From positions 30,349 to 94,348 of the forward strand of contig DATLDP010000078.1 of assembly GCA_035525825.1 (NCBI GenBank): 64,000 bases of DNA, in the 5' to 3' direction. Both the position numbers and the translations under genes were made by a program. How positions within the stretch are numbered: the stretch's first letter is position 1; each line of letters starts with the position of its first letter. The notes below the pieces were generated by a model. It did not search any database, was not told where the DNA came from, and saw nothing but the letters and a program-made list of their open reading frames with translations. This DNA comes from Candidatus Limnocylindria bacterium (GTDB taxonomy: Bacteria; Chloroflexota; Limnocylindria; Limnocylindrales; CSP1-4). Shown here piece after piece: positions 54,906 through 64,000 of the stretch.

Positions 54906-56131
54906 GGGGCCGTGCTGGAGGCGGGCACCCCGGAGGTGCCCGGCGAGACGGCCGGCGTCGGCGTCGGGAGCGGTGGGAGCTGCTCCGCCGGGATGAACCA
55001 CGCGGGCCGCGAGGCGGCCTCGAGCCCGGCCGATACGGTCAGCGGAAGGGACTCGCCGGCGGTCCACTCGGGCCCCGTGCCGGTCAGTGGCGCCAGGTAG
55101 GCGTCGACGAGCCCGTGAGTCACCCGGAAGAACGCAATCGAATCCCCCTTGGGCGACCACACCGGGCTGAACGAGGCTTCGTCACGGGTCACCCGGAGCA
55201 GCTCCGCGCCGGTCTTGCCATCGAGGATCACGACGTCCGTGCCGAAGGTGCTCGTCTTGGTCGCCGCGACGAAGCGGCCGTCGCGGGACCAGGACGGCGC
55301 CGTGTAGCCGGGACCGGTCAGCGCCGTCGACTTCGCGGTCACCACGTTGTAGCGATAGATCGCCGGTGTGCCCCGGGCGCCCTCCCGCGCGTTGCGGACG
55401 TACAGGAGCGACTTGCCATCCGGCGCCCATGCCGGGTCCTGATGACCGAGCGACTCGGTCTGACCCAGGCGTGGGTTCGTGAGGTCGCCCGAGGCGAGAT
55501 CGACCAGCTTGACGACGATGTCACCCGTGCTTGGATCAGGGCCATCCGAGACGATCGCAGCGGTGGTGCCGTCAGGCGAGATCGAGGGCTCCCGGATGAA
55601 GTACGACCAGGTGTTGCCGTTGCGCTTGATCCGGCCGGTGAGGAGGACGTCCGCGATGCCGCTCGCGTCGGCGTTCAGGCGCACGAGGCTCGGGACCTGG
55701 AGGTTGTAGGTCCGGACCACGCCGCCCGAAGGCCACTTGCCCGATTCCGATGCGGTCCGGACGAAGTAGATCTGCGATCCATCGGGCGCCCACGCCGGCA
55801 TCGAGTCGTTGCCGCCGTTCGTGAGCTGGCGCGCGGTGTCGCCCGACTGGACCCAGACGTTGCCGTCCTTGACGTAGAGCAGCGAGCCCGGAATGTTGGC
55901 GCGAGGGTCGTCCGGGATGACGACCACGTTCGACGGCGTCGGGGATCGGATGGGCCCGTCGGGCCCGTTCGGGCCACCTGGGATCGATGGGAGGCTGCCG
56001 CCGAGCAGCCCGAAGCTCACCACCGCCACGACGACGAGGCCGAGCACCGACAGCGCCGGCGCGAGTTCGAAGGGGAGCCGGCGGCCGCCCGCAGGAGCGG
56101 CCGCGCGAGGGCGCGGATTGGCGCGGGTCAT
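54902..56131 (-). CDS. TolB-like beta-propeller (PD40 repeat) protein with N-terminal membrane anchor
   Basis: N-terminal TM helix then repeated PD40-type motifs (PAWAPDGSQIYFVR, SISPDGTTAAIVSD, PAWAPDGKSLLYVR, FSPVWSPKGDSIAFFR). Confidence 0.65.
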   Translation of the reverse strand: MTRANPRPRAAAPAGGRRLPFELAPALSVLGLVVVAVVSFGLLGGSLPSIPGGPNGPDGPIRSPTPSNVVVIPDDPRANIPGSLLYVKDGNVWVQSGDTARQLTNGGNDSMPAWAPDGSQIYFVRTASESGKWPSGGVVRTYNLQVPSLVRLNADASGIADVLLTGRIKRNGNTWSYFIREPSISPDGTTAAIVSDGPDPSTGDIVVKLVDLASGDLTNPRLGQTESLGHQDPAWAPDGKSLLYVRNAREGARGTPAIYRYNVVTAKSTALTGPGYTAPSWSRDGRFVAATKTSTFGTDVVILDGKTGAELLRVTRDEASFSPVWSPKGDSIAFFRVTHGLVDAYLAPLTGTGPEWTAGESLPLTVSAGLEAASRPAWFIPAEQLPPLPTPTPAVSPGTSGVPASSTAP

Positions 56132-56159
56132 CGGCAGCGACGCGAGCGGAGGGTCATTG

Positions 56160-57929
56160 TCAGCCGCCGGACGCCAGGCCCACCGCTGGGCCCGGCCCGA
56201 CGGCGATGGGCATCGCCTCCAGGATCGCCCGGGCCTCGGGATGGAAGCCCGTGGGGGCGACGTCGTGAATCTCCAGCTGGAGCGACTCGATCCCGCCGAA
56301 TCGCCGGCTCCGGAGCTGGCCGACGATGTCGATCACGTCGCCCTCGTGGACTTCGCGGGCGAGCTCGGGCCAACCGAACGCGATGCCGTCGATCACGTCC
56401 AGCCGGCGCTTGAGCGTGAGCTGGGTGTGGCCGCCACCACCGGCCTCGCGAACCCTCGTCACCGTGAGCCCGAGGACGGCGACAAGCGGCTCCGGGTTGC
56501 CGGCGCCACACGGCGCAAGGCGCTGGAGGTCCCGATGCAGGGCGTAGTCGACGTCCCGCCCGCGCAGCGCCACGTCGAGGACCAGCGTCGCGACGGGATC
56601 CGGTGGTCCGGCCGCCGCCGCGAGCTCGAGGAACCGCTCCCGGAACTCGGTCCAGCGTTCCGTCTCGATCTCGAATCCTGCCGCGCCGGCGTGGCCGCCG
56701 TGGCGCAGGAGCAGGTCGGAGCAGGCCGCGAGGGTCTCGGCGAGGTGGACGCCAGTGCCCCCGCTCCGGCACGACGCCCGGATCACCGGACCGAGGTCCG
56801 CGCCGACGATGGCCGGCCGCCGGCGCTCGTCCGCGAGGCGCGAGGCGACGAGGCCCACGATCCCGACCGGCCAGGGCCCGTGGACGATTGTCGCCGCCCC
56901 GTCGTCGACGGCATCCGGCGAGACTCGGGCTTCCGCGATCGCGGTCTTCATCAGGTCCCGGCGCGTCCCGTTGGCCGCCTCCAGCGTGCCCGCCAGCACA
57001 GCGGCCTCCGTCGCGTCCTCCGCGAGGAGCAGGCGGGCCGCATCGAAGGCCTCCCCCACTCGCCCGGCGGCATTGAGGCGCGGCGCGATCGCGAACGCGA
57101 GGCTCTCGAGATCGATCCGGTCGGGAGTGAGATTCGCCGCTGCGAGGAGGGCCGCGATGCCCGGGCGCGGATCGGTCCGGATGCGCTCGAGACCGACCTG
57201 GACGATCGCCCGGTTCTCGCCGAGCACGGGAGCGAGATCCGCCACGGTCCCGATGGCGGCGAGGTCCGCCAGCGCGAGCGCCGCTTCGCCGAGGAGCAGG
57301 CGGGCGAGCGTGAAGGCGACGCCGCTCCCGGCGAGCCGCTGCTCGGGATATGTCGCATCTGGGCGGTGCGGATTCACGATCGCGATGGCTGCGGGGAGGC
57401 GCGGGGGCAGCTGGTGGTGGTCGGTGATCAGCACGTCGATCCCCGCGGCGTTCGCGGCCGCGACCTCGTCCACGCTGGAGGAGCCGGTATCCACCGTGAC
57501 GATGACCGTGGCCCCCGCGGCCGTCGCCGCCGCCACCGAAGCGAGGGACAGGCCGTGGCCCTCGTCGAGCCGCGAAGGGACGTACGGGACGACCGAGACG
57601 CCGAGCCGCCGGAGCGCGAGCGTCAGGATCGCGAGGCCCGTGATCCCGTCCGCGTCGAAGTCACCGAAGACCAGGACGGTCTCGCCGCGATCGCGGGCGG
57701 CGAGGATGCGAGCTCGGAAGATCTCCGCGTCCGGGAGAAGCGCCGGATCGTGGAGAGAGCCGGCAGGGTCCCCGAGGAACCGCCGGAGATCGTCCTCCTC
57801 GATCACGCCCCTTGCCGCGAGCACCGCCGTGGCGCGGGCGCCGAGCCCGAGGTCCAGGGCGGCATCAAGCAGCGCCGAGGAGACGGTGACGGGGGTCGGA
57901 AAGCGCCAGTTGCTGCGAGGTGCGAGCAC
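56160..57929 (-). CDS. recJ: Single-stranded-DNA-specific exonuclease RecJ
   Basis: DHH/DHHA1 motifs (VLVFGDFDADGITG, VDTGSS, ITDHHQLP). Track ORF extends to 58040. Start placed at in-frame GTG 57929 to avoid overlapping secF. Confidence 0.8.
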   Translation of the reverse strand: MLAPRSNWRFPTPVTVSSALLDAALDLGLGARATAVLAARGVIEEDDLRRFLGDPAGSLHDPALLPDAEIFRARILAARDRGETVLVFGDFDADGITGLAILTLALRRLGVSVVPYVPSRLDEGHGLSLASVAAATAAGATVIVTVDTGSSSVDEVAAANAAGIDVLITDHHQLPPRLPAAIAIVNPHRPDATYPEQRLAGSGVAFTLARLLLGEAALALADLAAIGTVADLAPVLGENRAIVQVGLERIRTDPRPGIAALLAAANLTPDRIDLESLAFAIAPRLNAAGRVGEAFDAARLLLAEDATEAAVLAGTLEAANGTRRDLMKTAIAEARVSPDAVDDGAATIVHGPWPVGIVGLVASRLADERRRPAIVGADLGPVIRASCRSGGTGVHLAETLAACSDLLLRHGGHAGAAGFEIETERWTEFRERFLELAAAAGPPDPVATLVLDVALRGRDVDYALHRDLQRLAPCGAGNPEPLVAVLGLTVTRVREAGGGGHTQLTLKRRLDVIDGIAFGWPELAREVHEGDVIDIVGQLRSRRFGGIESLQLEIHDVAPTGFHPEARAILEAMPIAVGPGPAVGLASGG

Positions 57930-57967
57930 GTCGTCAGGATGACACGCGCGGCTGCACCGCGGCTTTG

Positions 57968-59117
57968 CTAGGCCGTCGCGCGGCGGGTCTTGGTCGGCGT
58001 CTCGAGACGGCCACGGCGGCGATCTTCCCAGTCCTGCCAAACGACCAGGAGCGGGGCCGCGTTGAAGATCGAGGAGTAGGTCCCCGAGATGATGCCGAGG
58101 AGCAGGGCCAGCACGAACTCCTGGGTCGCCGAGCCACCGAACAGCAGCAACGTCGTGAGGGTCAGGACGACCGTGAAGCTCGTCGTGATCGACCGGCCGA
58201 ACGTCTGGAGGATCGAGTGGTTCACGACCTCGGAGAACGGCTCGCCGGCATGCCGGGCGCGGTTCTCGCGGACTCGGTCGAAGACGACGATCGTGTCGTG
58301 AACGCTGAAGCCGATGACCGTCAGCATTGCGGTGACGAACAGGCCGTCGATCTTGACGCCGAAGAGCGTGCCCAGGATCGCGAACACGCCCACCACGACG
58401 ATGACGTCATGGAGCAATGCCACCAGCGCGGTCACGCCGAACTTCACGTCCCGGAACCGCAGCGTGATCCAGCCCAGGATGCCGAGCGATCCGACCAGGA
58501 TCAGGATCACGGCTTGCTGGATCAGGTCGGAGCTGACGACCGCGCCGATCGAGCTCAGCTTCGCCTGCTCCGTGATCGGGCCGAACTCCTCCTGGAGCCC
58601 GAAGGCGATCTCGCCGATCTCGCCCTGCGTCGGCACGAGGTTGGCCGATCCGGGGAACTGGGTCGGGCCGGGGGCGGTCGTCGGGGCCGGGGTCCCGGAG
58701 GGGGCAGCCGTCGGGCTGGCGGTCGGGCTCGGGCTCGCGGAGCCCGACGTCGTGGGCGCCGGGGATGCCGATGGAGCGGCAGCGCCGCTTGCGCCGGGGC
58801 TCGAGGAGGGAGCCGCCGTGGGCGCGGGTGGGACCTCGCGCAGGTCCAGCTTGGACATCCGGATGTCGTAGAAGCCGCGTCCGGTCCGCGTGACCTGGGC
58901 CTCTTCCTGGCCGAGGGCCGCGAGCTCCTCCTGCACCTGCTGGGCCGTGATCGCGGTGTCCGCGAACTTGATTGACCACTCGGTCCCGCCGGTGTAGTCG
59001 ATCGAGAACTTGAGCCCGGCCGAGCCGTTCGTGAGCGGCGTCAGGAGGATGAAGAAGAGCCCGGGGATGGTGATGATCAGCGAGAACAGGAAGAACCAGC
59101 GGCGCTTGCCGACGATG

Positions 59118-59125
<8 letters not shown>
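57968..59125 (-). CDS. secF: Protein translocase subunit SecF, with a roughly 70-aa Pro/Ala/Ser/Thr-rich low-complexity insertion
   Basis: SecF TM pattern and ...GGTEWSIKF.... GTG start at 59125 just downstream of the secD stop. Confidence 0.85.
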
Positions 59126-60512
<1,387 letters not shown>

Positions 60513-60586
60513 GAGCGCGGATGATACAGGCGCATGACGTCGGCCGCCGCTACCGCCACCAGCGCCGTCACCTCGCCGTTCAGCCT

Positions 60587-60620
60587 CCCTGCGTAAACCT
60601 GCGGTTTCCGATGGTCGGCC
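60587..60620 (-). repeat. Copy 2 (inverted) of the ATCGGAAACCGCAGGTTTACGCAGGG motif, about 75 nt upstream of the secD start in the uvrC-secD intergenic region
   Basis: Plus strand reads CCCTGCGTAAACCTGCGGTTTCCGATGGTCGGCC, the reverse complement of 44944-44985 (26/26 core plus the GGCCGACC flank). Confidence 0.6.
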
Positions 60621-60665
60621 TACCGGCGATCCGCCAGCGCTGCTGGCGCTCCAGCACCGATCCTC

Positions 60666-62711
60666 CTACTCCTCCAAAGCCGCTTTGATGGATTTGGCGA
60701 GGGCTGGGCCGATGCCGGGGACAGCCGCGATTTGTTCGAGGGGGGCTTCGCGGACGCGCTTGATGGAGCCGAACACGCGGAGGAGGGCGCCGCGGCGGCG
60801 GGGGCCGATGCCGGGCAGGTCGTCGAACTTGGAGCGAACGGCGGCCTTGCGGCGGAGGTCGCGGTGGTACGTGATCGCGAAGCGGTGGGCCTCGTCGCGA
60901 ATGCGCTGGACGAGATAGAGGGCCTGCGAGGTCGAGGGCAGGACGATGGGCTCGGACTCGTCCGGGCGGAACAGCTCCTCGCGTTCCTTGGCGATCCCCG
61001 CGAGCGGCAGCTCGTGGAGCCCGAGCTCGTTGAGCACGCCTTTCGCGGCGCCCACCTGCGGCTTGCCGCCATCGATCAGCACGAGGTCGGGCATCGCCCA
61101 GCGGCGCTCCTCCGCCGAGCCCTCGTCGCCGGGCCGGACCGAGCGGAAGCGACGCCGCAGCACCTCGCGATGGGAGGCGACGTCGTTGGGGCCCTCGACG
61201 GTTCGCACCCGGAAGCGGCGGTACTCGCCGGTTTGGGGCTTGCCGTCCTCGAACACGACCATGCTCGCGACGGTCTCGCTGCCCTGGAAGTTCGAGACGT
61301 CGTAGCACTCGATCCTGGCGGGCAGACCCGAGAGCCCGAGTGCCGACGCGAGCTCCTCGAGGGCACCCAGCGTCTTGCCCTGGTCCGCCAGCCAGCGAGC
61401 CTGCTCGCGCGCAAGCATCTCCTCGGCGTTGCGGGTTGCGAGCTGCATGAGCTGGCGGCGCTCGCCGCGCTGCGGAACCATGAGCCGGACCGGCCTCGCG
61501 ACGCCCGCCGGCACCTTTCGCTGGCGGGTCACGCGGACGGCGTCGGGCCGCGGGACGGTGAGGTTCTCCGTCCGAGTGAGCGAGCCCTCGTTCAGATCAG
61601 CGGGCGTCCGGTCGCCATTCGGGTCTTCGGCAACGTTCGCGTCGGCGACGTTCGAGCCGTCGGCATCTGGCGCCACGCCGCCCCGGCGATCGGAGAGGAA
61701 CCGCTCCAGGTCCTCGCCATCGGGCGGCAGGATCGGCAGCGCGATCTCGGGCGGCACGCTGGTCGCCCTCCCGTAGTACTGGAGGAGGAAGCTGGAAACG
61801 ACCTCGGCATCGGTCGCGCCGCGCGGCGTATCGAGCAGGTAGACGTCGCGGCCCAGCGCCTTGCCGCCCCGGATCACGAACAGCTGCACCGCGGCCTGGT
61901 TGTCGCGTCGGGCGAGGCCGACCAGGTCGAGGTCCGTTCGGGCGAACGCGGCCATCTTCTGGCTCTCCATCGTCCGCTCGACCGCCTTGATCTTGTCCCG
62001 GGTAATCGCCGCGTGCTCGTAGTCCTGCCGCTCCGAGGCTCGTGCCATGTCGTCGCGCAGGGCCTTGACCAGCGATTCCTGGCGACCCTCCAGGAAGAGC
62101 TCCACCTGTTCGATGTCGGCCCGGTACTCGGCCTTCGAGATCGCCTCGATGCAGGGGCCCTGGCAGCGCTTGATGTGATAGAGCAGGCACGGGCGCTGGA
62201 GTGCCCGCTCCCCTTCCCGGATGTCGATCGTGCAGGTCCGGAACGGGAACAGCCGCCGGACCAGGTTCATCGCCTCGTCGACGCTCGAGGCGGAGGCGTA
62301 CGGCCCGAAGTAGCGCGAGCCGTCGTTCGGGAGCTTCCGAGTCCGCTCGATCCGGGGGAAGTCGTCGTTCGTGATCTTGATGTATGGGTAGCTCTTGTCG
62401 TCCTTCAAACGGACGTTGAAGGGCGGCTGGAAGCGCTTGACGAGGTTGCCCTCGAGGAGGAGCGCCTCCGCGACCGAGTCGGTGATCGTGTAGTCCACGT
62501 CCGCCACCCGGTCGATGACCGAGCGGATGAGGTGCTGCTCGACGCCGGGCGCCTCTTTCTGCCAGTAGCTCCGCACGCGGCTCCGCAGGCTCTTCGCCTT
62601 GCCGACATACAGCACCTGCCCGCGCGCGTCCTTTAGTAGGTAGACGCCCGGCTTGTTCGGGAGCTTGCCCAGGATCGCTTGGAGCTGGGGTCGCTGAGTT
62701 ACGATGGTCAT
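60666..62711 (-). CDS. uvrC: Excinuclease ABC subunit C
   Basis: 681 aa. N-terminal GIY-YIG (KPGVYLLKD...VLYVGKAKSLRSRVRSY), UvrBC domain, RNaseH-like and C-terminal HhH. Confidence 0.9.
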   Translation of the reverse strand: MTIVTQRPQLQAILGKLPNKPGVYLLKDARGQVLYVGKAKSLRSRVRSYWQKEAPGVEQHLIRSVIDRVADVDYTITDSVAEALLLEGNLVKRFQPPFNVRLKDDKSYPYIKITNDDFPRIERTRKLPNDGSRYFGPYASASSVDEAMNLVRRLFPFRTCTIDIREGERALQRPCLLYHIKRCQGPCIEAISKAEYRADIEQVELFLEGRQESLVKALRDDMARASERQDYEHAAITRDKIKAVERTMESQKMAAFARTDLDLVGLARRDNQAAVQLFVIRGGKALGRDVYLLDTPRGATDAEVVSSFLLQYYGRATSVPPEIALPILPPDGEDLERFLSDRRGGVAPDADGSNVADANVAEDPNGDRTPADLNEGSLTRTENLTVPRPDAVRVTRQRKVPAGVARPVRLMVPQRGERRQLMQLATRNAEEMLAREQARWLADQGKTLGALEELASALGLSGLPARIECYDVSNFQGSETVASMVVFEDGKPQTGEYRRFRVRTVEGPNDVASHREVLRRRFRSVRPGDEGSAEERRWAMPDLVLIDGGKPQVGAAKGVLNELGLHELPLAGIAKEREELFRPDESEPIVLPSTSQALYLVQRIRDEAHRFAITYHRDLRRKAAVRSKFDDLPGIGPRRRGALLRVFGSIKRVREAPLEQIAAVPGIGPALAKSIKAALEE

Positions 62712-62744
62712 GACAGCGTGAATCGTAGGGGCCTGCAGGAAAAA

Positions 62745-63263
62745 TCAGGTGGGCGAGGAGTTGGCCCCCCTCCGGCCACAAACGACCACCGCCACAAGCA
62801 CCGCGAGCGCAATCAGTCCGGTCGCCAACATGGCGACGCCCATGATCCGGTCCACTGGCCACTCACTCGACGACGGTTGGGCATCGGGCCCCTCCGCCCG
62901 CTCGCCGATCAGGACGACCGTCTTCCAGTGGCCGCCGCCCATTCCCGTGCCGACGATGTCGGCGTAGCCATTTGGGAAGCTCGCGGGTACTGTCGCGGGC
63001 GTCGAGAGCGTCCCATCGACGGAGACGGTGGTTCTACCAAGGTCGACTGCAGTCAGCCCATTGACGAGCTGGAACCTCACCTCGTCGCCCGGGTCGAGGT
63101 CGTAGCCGGTGATCTGCAGACCGGCCCCGGGCAGGTGGTGATCCCCGGGCACGAGCAGCTGGCCCTGCCCCGGCTCGTCAGCGCGCACCAGCGGCGGCGC
63201 CGCGAGCGAGGCCGCCAAGAGGAGGCCGGCAGCTGCGAACCTGACGACGGGAGGAATTCGCAT
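62745..63263 (-). CDS. Hypothetical secreted/cell-surface protein (signal peptide plus C-terminal TM anchor)
   Basis: 172 aa; N-terminal signal sequence ...LLLAASLAAPPLVRA and C-terminal hydrophobic helix followed by RRG. Confidence 0.5.
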   Translation of the reverse strand: MRIPPVVRFAAAGLLLAASLAAPPLVRADEPGQGQLLVPGDHHLPGAGLQITGYDLDPGDEVRFQLVNGLTAVDLGRTTVSVDGTLSTPATVPASFPNGYADIVGTGMGGGHWKTVVLIGERAEGPDAQPSSSEWPVDRIMGVAMLATGLIALAVLVAVVVCGRRGANSSPT

Positions 63264-63343
63264 CGGGCGAGGATATCGAGCGATCGTGGAGAAACGAAGA
63301 GGCCGGGCTGTGTGCCCGGCCTCTTCTTGAGCTCGAGGGATTG

Positions 63344-64000
63344 CTAAGGGGTGCAGGGCGCCACGCAGGTGATGCGATCGAGCGGGAACGCCGCCGGATC
63401 GAGCGCGGGCCCGACCATCTCCAAATAGGCAAGGAACGCGTTCGCGTCTCGATCACGCGACGTGCCCTGGCCATCGTGGAGCATGGTGTACGAATCGCCA
63501 CCGTTGTTGGTGAAGTCCGTGGTGGCGAAGGTGTACGTCTGGCTGTCTGGCGCGATCGGGGTCCCGTTAGACCAGGTCACATCCGTGACCCGGCCGCCCG
63601 CGGTGCAGGACCAGGTGATCGGCGCGGTCTCGCTACCCGAGCAACCTGTGGGCAGCGCGGTGTTGAAGGTGAACTTGATACCTGAGACCTGCGGGAAGCG
63701 ACCTTGGCAGGTGCTGCCGCTGGTGATCGGGTTCGGGCACAGGCTGACGCCGTTCTCCAGGACCTGCCAGAGCTGCGCGCCGGTGACGGTCCGGGTCAGG
63801 ATGTTGTTGCCGAAGGGCAGGACGCTGTAGACGTCGCCCTTCACGAGGTCCAGGGGCGTGCCGGTGCCGTAGCCGGCACAGGTCACCACGGTGGTATGGG
63901 CGCTGTTCCAGTTGGCACGCTTCAGCGCGGTGTTGACCGGCTGGTAGTTGCACGCGGGGAACTGCGTCCGGATGCTGCCACCGGTGTAGTAGCCGATCTG
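63344..64000 (-). CDS. 5'-nucleotidase/UshA-family protein, C-terminal domain (partial; continues beyond window end)
   Basis: ...VYSVLPFGNNILT...TDFTNNGGDSYTMLHDG matches the 5'-nucleotidase C-terminal substrate-binding domain. The frame is open to position 64000. Confidence 0.6.
   Translation of the reverse strand, partial: QIGYYTGGSIRTQFPACNYQPVNTALKRANWNSAHTTVVTCAGYGTGTPLDLVKGDVYSVLPFGNNILTRTVTGAQLWQVLENGVSLCPNPITSGSTCQGRFPQVSGIKFTFNTALPTGCSGSETAPITWSCTAGGRVTDVTWSNGTPIAPDSQTYTFATTDFTNNGGDSYTMLHDGQGTSRDRDANAFLAYLEMVGPALDPAAFPLDRITCVAPCTP

Overview
The window is very GC-rich (roughly 70% by eye) and almost every gene lies on the minus strand; only about six CDSs are on the plus strand. Most of the content is conserved housekeeping genes in compact, translationally coupled operons. 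Stop/start overlaps of the GTGA or ATGA type occur at more than a dozen junctions. From left to right on the minus strand: smc (partial), rnc, acpP, nusB, asp23-like, plsX, rpmF, DUF177/yceD, a coiled-coil protein, coaD, rsmD, recG, DAK2/yloV, asp23/yloU-like, then rpmB on the plus strand (a Firmicutes/Actinobacteria-like ylb/ylo synteny). Next come dtd, rpe, rlmN, a lone xanthine-dehydrogenase-family Mo subunit, fmt, def, a hypothetical, priA, gmk, rluD, lspA, ileS, then divergently an LCP protein, then ilvE, a CaCA antiporter, DUF1634 and TauE, and rpsR-ssb-rpsF. A plus-strand pseudo-receiver/CpaE(TadZ)-like ATPase follows. A tRNA-dense accessory segment spans about 37.4-45.3 kb: eight tRNAs (Leu-UAA, Cys, Gln, Gly, Phe, Val, Leu-GAG, Leu-CAG) interleaved with DoxX, a PAP2/vanadium-haloperoxidase-like secreted enzyme, an SRPBCC protein, a lipoprotein, an AlkZ/YcaQ-family pseudogene remnant, htpX and lemA. 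The rest of the window carries an OppA-like SBP, secG, gpmI, tpiA, whiA, yvcK, rapZ, tatC, tatA, pyrF, a TolB-like protein, recJ, secF, secD, uvrC, a secreted hypothetical and a partial 5'-nucleotidase-family gene. I found no CRISPR array, integrase, transposase or recognisable defence operon. Second-look items: (1) an intergenic cluster of short repeats at 30.64-30.78 kb; (2) a 26-34 nt motif present at 44.95 kb and, inverted, about 75 nt upstream of secD at 60.6 kb; (3) an orphan Mo-hydroxylase large subunit translationally coupled between fmt and rlmN; (4) an orphan TadZ/CpaE-like ATPase with a lysine-less Walker A; (5) an rpe gene with a roughly 125-aa C-terminal extension; (6) possible frameshifts affecting an asp23-like gene and nusB; (7) an AlkZ-like pseudogene next to tRNA-Phe; (8) a possible 34-aa hydrophobic peptide gene next to tRNA-Gly. 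Coordinates that I refined by hand (start codons, tRNA ends) may be off by 1-2 nt.
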